NCBI RefSeq assembly: GCF_009914755.1
Contig: NC_060939.1
Length of the DNA stretch: 64,000 nucleotides
DNA from: the human T2T-CHM13v2.0 reference genome, Homo sapiens
Strand: one strand, 5' to 3'
In this document: positions 27,306 to 39,300 of the stretch, one piece after another
Layout: every line of letters starts with the position of its first letter
Numbering within the stretch: the stretch's first letter is position 1
Made by a program: the position numbers and the translations under genes
The notes under the pieces: generated by a model
What the model saw: only the letters and a program-made list of their open reading frames with translations
The model's database searches: none
What the model was told of the DNA's origin: nothing

Positions 27306-30300
27306 TGCAATGGAATGGAATGGAATGGAATACAATGGAGTGGAGTGGAATGGAATGGTGTGGAGTGGAGCAGAAAGGAATGGAGTGGAACGGAATGAAG
27401 TGGAGTGGAGTTGAGTCGAATGGAGTGAAATGGAATGAACTGGAATGAAATGGAGAGGAGTGGAATGGAATGGATAGGCGCGGATTGGAGTAGAGTAGAA
27501 TAGAATGGGATGGAATGAAATGGAGTGGAGGGGAGTGGAATTTAGTGGAGTGGAGTGGAATTGAGTGGAGGGTAGTGGAGAGCAGTGGAATGGAATGGAA
27601 TGGAATGGAATAGAATAGAATAAGTGCAGAGTTTGAGCCACTGCACTGCATCCTGTGTGACAGAGGGAGATTCTGGCGAAAGAAAGAATTGGAATGGGAA
27701 GGAGTGTTGTGGATTGGAGTTCAGTGGAATGGAGTGGAATGGAGTGGAGTGGAGTGGAGTGGAGTGGAATGGAGTGGAATGGAATGGAATGGAATGGAGT
27801 GGAGTGGAATGAAACAGAATATAGTGGAATGGAGTGGAGTGGAATGTACTGCAGTGGAGTGGAATTGACTTGAGTGGAAATGATTGGAATGGAGTGGTGT
27901 GGAATGGATTGGAGTGTGGTGGAATAGAGTGGAGCGTAGTGGAGTGTAGTGGAGTTGAATGGAATGGAACGGAGTGGCGTGGAATTGAATGGAATGGAAT
28001 GGAGTGGAATTTACTGGAACGGTGTGGAATGGGCTGGATTTGAATGGAACGGAACGGATTTTAAAGGAAAGGAATGGAGTGGAATGGAGTGTAGTGGAGT
28101 TGAGTGGAGTTGAATGGAGTGTAGTGGACTGGAGTGCAGTGGAGTCCAGTGTAATGGAATGGAAATCTATGGACTGCAGTGGAATGAAATGCAGTGGTTT
28201 TGAGTGGAGTGTAGTGGAATAGAATGGAATGGAATGGAAAGGTGGAGTGGAGTGGAATTCAGTGGAGTGGATTGCAGTGGAATGGAACGGAATGGAATGC
28301 AATGTAGTGGAGTTGTTTAGAGTGGAGTGGATTGGAAAGGAATGGAAAGAAATGGAGTGGAATGGAGTGCAGTAGAGTTGAGAGGAGCGGAATGGATTGG
28401 AATGGAATCAGATGTAATGGAATGTTGTGGAGTTGAGTTGAGTGGAGTGGAACGGAATGGAAAGGAACAAAACATAATGGAACGGAACGGAATGTGTGCT
28501 GAGATTGTGTCACTGCGCTACAGCCTGTTTGACAGAGGTAGAGCCTGTTGAAAGAAAGGAGTGGAATGGGATTGGGTGGAGTGCGGTGGAGTGGAGTGGA
28601 GTGGAATGGAGTGGAGTGGAGTGGATTGGAGAGGAGTGGATGGAGTGGAGTGGAGTGGAATGGAAAGGGGATTAGAGGAAAGGAATGTAGTGTAGTGGAA
28701 TGGAAAGGCCTGAAGTGGAATGGAATGGAATGGAGTGGAGTGGAATGGAGTGGAGTGGAGTGGAATTGAGTGGAATGCAATGCAGTGGAGTGGAAGGGAA
28801 TTAAATGGAATGGGGTATAATTGACTGGAATGGAGTGGAATGGACTGGAGTGGAATGGATTAGAAAGGAGTGGACTGGAATGCAATGGAGTGGAGTGGAG
28901 AGGTGTGGAGAGGAGTGGATTGGAGTGCAATGGAGGGCAATGGAGTGGAGTGTAGTCGAGTGCTGTGGAATGGAGTGTAGTAGAGTGGAATGGAATGGAG
29001 GGGAGTGGAATGGAATGGAGTGGGGTGGAGTGGAGTTGAGTGGAATGTAATATAATTGAATGGAATAGAATAGAATGGAATGGAATGGGTGCTGCGATTG
29101 TGCCACTGCACTACAGTGTGACAGACGGAGATCCTGTCGAAAGAAAAGAGTGGAATGTGATGGAGTGTAGCGGAGTGCAGTGAAGTGGAATGGAGTTGAG
29201 TGGAATGGATTGGAGTGGAGTGTAAAGGACTGGAGTGGAGTGGAATGGACTCGAGTGGAGTGGAGTGGACTGGAAAGAAATGGAATGGAATGAAATGGAA
29301 TGGAATGCACTGGAATGGAATGGAATGGTGTGGAATGGAATGGGTGCTGAGATTGTGACACTGCACTGCAGCCTGTGTGACAGAGGGAGACCCTGTCGAA
29401 TGAAAAGAGTGGAATGCGATGTAGTGGACTGGAGTGGATTGGAGTGGAGTGGAGTAGAATAGAGTGGAGTGGAGTGCACTGGAGTTGAGTGGAGTAGAGT
29501 GGACTGGAATGGAATGGAATGGAGTGGAGTGCAATTGAATGAAGTGGTGTGGAAGAGAGTGGAGAGAAATATAATGGAATGGAATGGAACTGAATGGAGA
29601 GGGGTGGAGTGGAGTGCAGTGCAATGTAATGTAATGTAATGGAATGGAATGGAAAGGAGTGGAGTGGAGTGCAATGGAATGGAGTGCAATGGATGAAGTG
29701 GAGTGGAGTGCAGTGGAGTGGAATGGAGTGGAATGAACTGGAATGGAATGGAGTGGAGTGGAATGGAATGGAGAGGTGTGAAGTGGAGTAGAGTGGAATG
29801 AAATGGAATGTAATAAAGTAGATTGGTGTGGAGTGGAATTGAGTGGAGTGCAGTGAAATGGAATGCAACGGAATGGAATGGAGTGGAGTTGAGTGGGGTG
29901 GAGTGGAAAGGAATGGAGTGGAATGGAGTGGAATGAAGTGCAGTGAAGTGGAGTGGAGCCAAATGGAGTGGAATGGAATCGGATGTAATGGAATATAGTG
30001 GAGGGGAGTGCAGTGGAGTGGAAAGGAATGGAAAGGAACAGAATGGAATGGAACGGAATGAAATGTGTGCTGTAATCACGCCACTAAGCTACTGCCTGTG
30101 TGATAGAGGGAGATCCTGTCGAGAGAAAGGAGTATAATGGGATTGAGTGGAGTGGAGTGGAGTGGAATGGAGTGGAGAGGAGTGGAGTGATGTGGAATGG
30201 TGGGGAGTGGAGTTTAATGGATTAGAGTTGAGGGGAATGCAATGGAATGGAGAGGAGTGGAATGGGATGGAGTGGAGTGGAATGGACTGGAGCGGGGTGA

Positions 30301-33300
30301 AATGGACTGGAGTGGAATTGAATGGAATGGAGTGGAGTGGAATGGAAAGGAATGGAGTAGAATGGAGTGGAGTGGAGTGGAGTGCAATGGAGTGTGGTGG
30401 AATGCAATGGAGTATAGCGGAATAGAATGGAGTGGAGTGGAATTTACTGGAATGGAGTGGAATGGACTGGAGTCAACTGGAATGGAGTTGAGTGGAGTGG
30501 AATGGAGTTGAGTGGAGTGGAATGGAATGGAGTGGAGTGGAGTGGAATGGAATGGAGTGCAGTGGAGTGGAGTGGAGTGAAATGGAGTGGAGTGGAGTGC
30601 AATGGAGTGTGGTGGAATGCAATGGAGTGGAGTGGAATAGAATGGAGTGGAGTGGAATTCACTGGAATGGAGTGGAATGGACTGGAGTCGACTAGAATGG
30701 AGTTGAGTGGAATGGAATGGAGTTGAGTGGAGTGGAATGGAATGGAGTGGAGTGGAGTGGAGTGGAATGGAATAGAGTGGAGTGGAGTGGAGTGAAATGG
30801 AGTTGAATGGAATGGAATGGAATGAAATGGATACTTAGACTGTGCCACTGTGCTACAGCCTATGTGACAGTAGGGGAACCTGTCAAAAGAAAGGAGTGGA
30901 ATGGGAAGGAGTGGAGTGGAGTGTTGTGGAGTGGAGTGGAGTGGAATTGGAGATTAATGTAACGGAGTGGAGTGGAATGGAATGGAATGGAGTGGAGTGG
31001 AATGGATTGGAGTGGAGTGGGGTGGAGAGCAGTGCAATGGAGTGGAGTGGAATGGAATGGAATGGAATGTAGTGGACTGGAATGGAATGGAGTTGCGTGG
31101 AGTGGAGTTCAGTGGAATTGAATGGAATGGAATGGAACTGAGTGGAATGGAATGGAATGGAATTGGTGTTGAGATTGTGCCACTGCTCTACAGCCTGTGT
31201 GATAGAGGGAGATCCTGTCGAAAGAAATAATTCTAATGGGAAGAAGTGGAGTGGATTGGAGTTGAGTGGAATGGAATGGAATTGACTGAAGTGAAATGGA
31301 ATGGAATGAATGGTAAAGGAATAGAATGGAGTGGAGTGTGGTGGAATGGAATGGAGTGTAGTGAAGTGCAGTGCAGTTGAGTGGAATGGAATGGATTGGA
31401 GTGAAATGGAGTGGAAAGGAGTTGAGTGCAATTTACTTGAAAGGAGTGGAATGGAATGGAGTGGAATGGAAACACAAGGAGTTGAATGGAGTGTAGTGTA
31501 GTGGAGTGGAGTGGAGTGGAATGGAATAGAGTGGAGTGGAGTGGAGTGAAATGGAGTGGAATGGAATGGAATGGAATGAAATGGATACTTAGATTGTGCC
31601 ACTGCACTACAGCCTGTGTGACAGAGGGAGATCCTGTCAAAAGAAAGAATTGTAATAGGAAGGAGTGGAGTGGATTGGAGTTGAGTGAAATGGAGTGGAA
31701 TGGAACGGAGTGGAGTGGAGTGGAGTTGAATAGAATGGGGTGGAGTGGAATGGAGTTGAGTGGAATGGAGTGGAATGGAATCTGATGGAATGGAATGGAA
31801 TGGAATGGATTATGGTGGAGTGGAGTGGATTGGAGTGGACTAGAATGGATTGGAGTGCAATGAAATGGGATGGAATGGAATGCCATCGAGTGCAGTGGAG
31901 TGGAGTGGACTGGAGTGGCGGAGAGTGGAACGGAGACGAGTGGAATAGAATGGAGTGGAATAGAATGGAATGGAATGCAATGGAATGGAATGCAAAGGAA
32001 TGGAATGCAATGGAATAGAATGGAATGGAATGGTGAAATGAAATGTGAGCCGAATTTGTGCCACAGCACGCCAGCCTGGGTGACAGAGTGAGATGCTGTC
32101 GAAAGAAAGAAATGGAATGGAATGGAGTGGAGTGGAGCGGTGTGGAGTGGAGTGGTGTGGAGTGGAATGGAATGGGATGGACTGTAATGGAATGGAGTGC
32201 AGTGGAGTGGAGTGGCAGAGAGTGGAATGGAGTCACGTGGAATGGAATGGAATGGAATGGAGTGGAATGGAGTGGAATAGAATGGAAAGGAGTGGAGTGG
32301 AGTGCAGTGGAGTGGAGTGGAGTAAAGTGCAGTGGAGTGGAGTGGAGTGGAATGGAATGCAATGGATTAGTGAAATGAAATGTAAGCTGAGATTCTGCCA
32401 CAGTACTCCAGAAAGGGCGACAGAGTGACATCCTGTCGAATGTAAGGAAAGTAATTGAGTGGATTGGAATGGAATGGAGTGTAGTGGAGTGGATAGGAGT
32501 GTAGTGGAGTGGAATGGAGTGGAGAGGAATGGAATGGAAGGGAGTGGAGAGGAGTGAACGGGAGTGTAGAGGAATGTAATGGGATGGAATCCAATGGAAT
32601 GAAATGGAGGGGAGTGGAGTGGAGTGTTGGGGAGAGGAATGGAGTGGTATGGAATTGGATGGAATTGAATGTAGTGGAGTGGAGTGGCATGGAGAGGAGT
32701 GGAGTAGAGTGGAGTGGAATGGCACGAAATTGAATGGAGTGGAGCCGAGTGGAGTGGAGTGGAGTGCAGTGGAGTGGAATGGAATATAGTGGAATGGAAA
32801 TGAATGGAATGGAAAGGAATGTAATGGAATAGAGATGAATGATGAAATGAAATATGAGCTGAGATTGTAACACTGCACTCCAGCCAGTGTGACAGAGTGA
32901 AATACTGTCGAAATAAAGGAATGGAATGGACAGGTGAAGAATGGAATGGAATGGAATGGAGTGGAGTGGAGTGCATTATATTGGATTGGAGTGGAATGGA
33001 AAGGGATGGAATGGGATGGAGTGGAGTGGAGTGGAGTTGAATGGAACGGTGTTGTATGGAATGGAATGGAATAGAATTGAATGGAATGCAGTGGAGTAGA
33101 GTGGAGTGGAATTCGCAGGAGTGGAATGGAAAGGCATGGAATGGAATTGAATGCGTTGCAATGGAATGGAATGCAATGGAATGCAATGGAATGGAATGGA
33201 ATGCAATGGAATGGAATGGTGAAATGAAATGTGAGCTGAGATACTACCACTGCACTCCAGCCTGGGTGACACAGTGAGATCCTCTCAAAAGAGAGGAGAG

Positions 33301-36300
33301 GAATGGAATGGAATGGAGTGAAATGTAATGGAATGGAATGGAATGAAATGGAATGGAATGGCATGGAATGGAATGGAGTGGAGTGGAGTGGAATGAAATA
33401 GAATGGAGTGGAATGGAATGGGATGGAGTGGAAAGAATGGAGTGGAGGTGAGTGGAGTGGACGGGAGTGGAGTGGAGAGAAATGGAGTGAAATGGAATGG
33501 GATGGAATGGAATGGAGTGGAGTGGATTGGAGTGAAGTGGAGTGGAGTGGAGCGGAGTTGATTGGAGTGGAGTGGAATGGAGTGGAATGAAATGGAATGG
33601 AATGGTATGGAATGGAACGGGGGAGGGGAGTGGAGTGGAGTGGAGTGGAATTGAGTGTAGTGGCACGGAATGGAATGGAAAGGAAAGGAATACAATGGAA
33701 TGGTGAAATGAAATGTGAGCTGAGATTGTGCCCCTGTATTCCAGCCTTTTTTGACACAGTGATATCCCGTCGAAAGGAGGGAATGGAATGGAATGCGGTG
33801 GAATGGAATGTGATGGAATTGAATGAAATGGAATGGAATGGGGTTTAATGGAATGGAATGGAATGGAATGGAATGGAATGGAATGGAATGGAATGGAGAA
33901 ATTAAATGTGAGCTAAGATTGTGCCACTGCACTCCAGTCTGGGTGACAGAGTGAGATCCATTTCGAAATAATGGAATGGAATGGAATGGAGTAGAGTGGA
34001 ATGACTGCAGTGGCGTGGAATGGAGTGGAGTGGCGTGGAGTGAAGTTGAGTGGAGTGGAGTGGAATGGAATTTAGGGGAATGGAATGGAATGGAATGGTG
34101 AAATGAAATGTGAGCTGGGATTTTGTAATTGCACTCCATTTTGGGTGACAGAGTGAGATCCTGTCGAAAGAAAATAATGGAATGAAATGGAGTGGAAAAG
34201 AATGGAATAGAATGGAGTGGAGTGGAGTGGAGTGGAGTGGAGTGGAATGGAATTTAGGGGAATGGAATGGAATGGAAGGGTAGGGAAGGGAATGGAATGG
34301 AAGGGAAGGGAATGGGGAAATGAAATGTGAGCTGACATTGTGGCACTGCACTCCAGCCTGGGTGACAGAGTGAGATCCTGTCGAAAGAAAATATTGGAAT
34401 GGAATGGAGTGCAATGTAATGGAATAGAGTAAAGTGGAGTGGAAAGGAGTGGGATGGAATGTGATGGAATGAAATGGAGTGGAGTGGAGTAGAGTGAAAC
34501 GGAATGGAGTGGAGTGCAGTGGAGTGGAGTGGAATTCATTGGAACGGAATGGAATGGAATGGAAAGGAATGTAACAGGTGCTGAGATTGTACTACTGCGC
34601 TACAGCCTGTGTGACAGAGGCAGATCCTGTCGAAAGATAGGCGTGGAATGGGTTGGAGCAGAGTGGAGTGGAGTGGAAGGGAGTGGAGTGGAGTGGACTG
34701 GAGTGGAATGGAGTGGAGTGGAGTATAGTGGAGTGGAATGGAGTGGAGAGGAGTGCAGTGGAGTGGAATGGAATGGAATGGACTGGAGTGGAGTGGAATG
34801 GAATGGAGTGGAGTCGAATGGAATGGAGTGGAATGGAGTGGCGTGGAATGTAATGGAGTGGAGTGGAATGGAATGGACTGGAGTGGAGTGGAATGGAATG
34901 GAGTGGAGTCGAATGGAATGGAGTGGAGTGGAATGGACTGGAGTGGAATGGAATGGAATGGAGTGAACGGAATGGAGTGGAGTGAAGTGGAGTGGAATGG
35001 ATTGGAATGGAATGGAATGGAATGGAATTAAGTGGAGTGGAGCAGAGTGGAGTGGAAAGGAATGGAATGGAGTGGAATGGAGTGCAGTGAAGTGGAGAGA
35101 AGTGCAATGTAGTGAAATGGAATCGGATGTAATGGAATGTAGTACTGTGGAATGGAGTGAAGTGGAGCGAAATGGAATGGAACGGGACAGAACGGAATGG
35201 AACGGAGCGGAATGGGTGCTGAGATTGTGCCACTGCACTACAGCCTGTGTGAAAGAGAGAGATACTTTAGAAAGAAAGGAGTGGAATGGGATAGAGGGGA
35301 GTGGAGTTTAGTGGAGGGGAATGGAGTGGAGTGGAATGGAGTGGAATGGAGTGGAGTGGAGTGAAATGGAGTGGAGTGGAGTGAAATGGAGTGAAGTGGA
35401 GTGGAATGGAGTGGAGTGGAGTGGAATGGAGTGGAGTGGAATGGAGTGGAGTGGAGTGGAATTCAGTGGAGTGGAGTGGAGTAGAATGGAATGCAATGGG
35501 ATGGAATGGAATGGAATGGAGTCGTCTGGATTGGTGTGGAGTGGAGTGAAGTGGATTGAAGTGGAATGGAGCGGAATGGAATGGGATGGAATGGAATGGA
35601 ATGAAGTGGAGTGGAGTGGGGCGGAGTGGAGTGCAGTGGAATGGAGCGGAATGGAATGGGATGGAGTGGATAGAGTGGAGAGGAGTGGAGCGCAGTAGAG
35701 TGAATAGGAGTGGAATGGAGTGGAATGGAAACGAATGTAATGGAATGTAGTGGAGTGGAGTGGAACGGAGTGGGATGGAATTGAATTGAATTGAATGGAA
35801 TGGAATAGAATGGAATGCACTGGAATGCAATGGAATAGAATGCAATGAAATGGAAAGTTGACATGCAATGTGAGCTGAGATTGTGCCACTGTACTCCAGC
35901 CTCAGTGACACAATGATACCCTGTCAAAAGAAAGGAATGGAATGCAATGGAGTGAAATGGAATGGAATGGAGTGGAGTGGAGTGGAGTGGATTCGAGTGG
36001 AATGGAGTCGAATGGAATGGGATGGAGTGGAATGGAGTGGAGTGGAGTGGAGTGGAATGGAGTGGGATAGAATGGAATACAGTGGAATGGTGAAAAGAAA
36101 TGTGAGCTGAGATTGTGCCACTGCACTCCAGTCTTTGTGACAGAGTGAGATCTTGTGGAAAAAAAGGAATAGAATGAAATAAAGAGGAATGGAATGGAAG
36201 GGAATGGAATGGAATGGAAGGGAGTGGATTGGAGTCGAGTGGAATGGAGTGGAATGGAATGTGATGGAATGGAATGGCAAGGATTATGGTGGAGTGGAGT

Positions 36301-39300
36301 GGATTGGAGTGGAGTAGAGTGGAATGGAGTGGAATGAAATGGGATGGAATGGAATGCCATCGAGTGCAGTGGAGTGGAGAGGACTGGAGTGGCGGAGAGT
36401 GGAATAGAATGGAATGGAATGCAATGGAATGGAATGCAAAGGAATGGAATGCAATGGAATAGAATGGAATAGAATGGAATAGAATGGTGAAATGAAATGT
36501 GAGCTGAATTTGTGCCACTGCACGCCAGCCTGGGTGACAGAGTGAGATGCTGTCGATAAAAGAAATGGAATGGAATGGAGTGGAGTGGAGCGGTGTGGAG
36601 TGGAGTGGTGTGGAGTGGAATGGAATGGGATGGACTGTAATGGAATGGAATGCAGTGGAGTGGAGTGGCAGAGAGTGGAATGGAGTCGAGTGGAATGGAA
36701 TGGAATGGAATGGAATGGAATGGAGTGGAATGGAGTGGAATGGAATGGAAATGAGTGGAGTAGAGTGGATTGCAGTGGAGTGGAGTGGAGTGTAATGGAA
36801 TGGAATGGAATGGATTAGCGAAATGAAATGTAAGCTGAGATTCTGCCACTGTACTCCAGAATGGGTGACAGAGTGACATCCTGTCGAATTTAAGGAATGG
36901 AATGGAGTGGAGTGGAATGGAATGGAATGTAGTGGAGTGGATAGGAGTGGAATGGAGTGGAGAGGAATGGAATGGAAGGGAGTGGAGAGGAGTGGATGGG
37001 AGTGGAGTGGAATGGAATGGAATGGGATGAAATCCAATGGAAAGAAATGGAGGGGAGTGGAGTGTTGGGGTGGAGTGGAATGGTATGGAATTGGATGGAA
37101 TAGAATATAGTGGAGTGGAGTGGGATGGGGAGGAGTGGAGTAGAGTGGAGTGGAATGGAACGAAATTGAATGGAGTGGAGATGAGTGGAGTGGAGTGGAG
37201 TGGAGTGCAGTGGAGTGGAATGGAATATAGTGGAATGGAAATGAATGGAATGGAAAGGAATGTAACGGAATAGAATAGAATGATGAAATCAAATATGAGC
37301 TGAGATTGTAACACTGCACTCCAGCTAGTGTGACAGAGTGAAATATTGTCGAAAGAAAGGAATGGAATGGACAGGTGTAGAATGGAATGGAATGGAGTGG
37401 AGTGGAGTGGATTATAGTGGAATGGAGTGGAATGGAATGTGATGGAATGGGATGGATTGGAGTGGAGTGGAGTGGAATGGAACGGTATGGTATGGTATGG
37501 AATGGAATGGAATGGAATGGAATGCAGTGGAGTGGAGTGGAGTGGAGTTCGCAGGAGTTGAATGGAATGGGACGGAATGGAATTGAATGCATTGCAATGG
37601 AATGGAATGGAATGGAATGCAATGGAATGGAATGGAATGCAATGGAAAGGAATGGAATGGAATGCAATGGAATGGAATGCAATGGAATGGAATGGAATGA
37701 AATGGAATGGAATGGTGAAATGAAATGTGATCTGAGATACTGCCACTGCACTCCAGCCTGGGTGACAGAGTGAAATCCTCTCGAAAGAGAGGAATGGAAT
37801 GGAATGGAGTGAAATGGAATGGAATGGAATGAAATGGAATGGAGTGGAGTGCAGTGGAGTGGAATGGAATAGAAAGGAGTGGAATGGAATGGGATGGAGT
37901 GGAAGTAATGGAGTGGAGGTGAGTAGAGTGGAGTGGATGGGAGTGGAGTGGAGAGAAATGGAGTGAAATGGAATGGGATGGAATGGAATGGAGTGGAGTG
38001 GATTGGAGTGAAGTGGAGTGGAGTGGAGTTGATTGGAGTGGAGTGGAATGGAGTGGAATGCAATGGAATGGAATGGTATGGAATGGAATGGGGGAGGGGA
38101 AGGGAGTGGATTGGAGTGGAATTGAGTGTAGTCTGATGGAATGGAAGGGAAAGGAAAGGAATACAATGGAATGGTGAAATGAAATGTGAGCTGAGATTGT
38201 GCCCCTGTATTCCAGCCTTTTTTGAAACAGTGATATCCCGTCGAAAGGAGGGATTGGAATGGAATGGGGTGGAATGGAATGCAATGGAATGGGGTTTCAT
38301 AATGGAATGGAATGGAATGGAATGGAATGGAATGGAATAGAATGGAGACATTAAATGTGATCTAAGTTTGTGCCACTGCACTCCAGTCTGGGTTACAGAG
38401 TGAGATCCATTTCGAAATAAAGGAATGGAATGGAATGGAGTAGAATGGAATGGCTGGAGTGGCGTGGAGTGGAGTGGAGTGGCGTGGAGTGAAGTTGAGT
38501 GGAGTGGAGTGGAATGGAATTTAGGGGAATGGAATGGAATGGAATGGTGAAATGTAATGTGAGCTGGGATTTTGTAATTGCACTCCATTTTGGGTGACAG
38601 AGTGAGATCCTGTAGAAAGAAAATATTGGAATGGAATGGAGTGGAAAAGAATGGAATAGAATGGAGTGAAGTGGAGTGGAGTGGAATGGAATGGAACGGA
38701 ATGGAATGGAATGGAAGGGAAGGGTAGGGAATGGAAGGGAAGGGAATGGGGAAATGAAATGTGAGCTGACATTGTGGCACTGCACTCCAGCCTGGGTGAC
38801 AGAGTGAGATCCTGTCGAAAGAAAATATTGGAATGGAGTGCAATGTAATGGAATAGAGTAAAGTGGAGTGGAAAGGAGTGGGATGGAATGTGATGGAATG
38901 AAATGGAGTGGAGTGGAGTGGAGTATAGTGCAAAGGAATGGAGTGGAGTGGAGTGGAGTGGAAAGGAATGGAGAGGAGTGGATTGGAATGGAATGGAATG
39001 GAATCGAATCGAATGGAATGCTGAAAAGAAATATGTGTTGAGATTGTGCCACTGTGCTACAGGCTGTGTGACAGAGGGAGATCCTGTCAAAAGAAAGGAG
39101 TGGAATGGAAGGGATTGGAATGGAATGGAAACGAATGGAATGTAATGGAATGGAAGGGAATGGAATGGAAGGGAAGGGAATGGGGAAATGAAATGTGAGC
39201 TGACAGTGTGGCACTGCACTCCAGCCTGGGTGACAGAGTGAGATCCTGTTGAAAGAATATATTGGAATGGAATGGAGTGCAATGGAATGGAATAGAGTGG

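Larger units (their letters stand above)
16123..32030 (+). repeat. Composite satellite, type A domain: GGAAT/GGAGT blocks punctuated by ~60-bp Alu 3'-end fragments
   Basis: 24 copies of approx. GGGTGCTGAGATTGTGCCACTG(T/C)GCTACAGCCTGTGTGACAGAGGGAGATCCTGTCGAAAGAAAGG starting near 16123, 17302, 17578, 18094, 18623 (5'-truncated), 19800, 20464, 21191, 21829, 22422 (5'-truncated), 23832, 24838, 25572, 25716, 26135, 26742, 27626, 28498, 29091, 29346, 30069, 30833, 31168, 31587. Mean spacing is ~670 bp. Confidence 0.9.
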
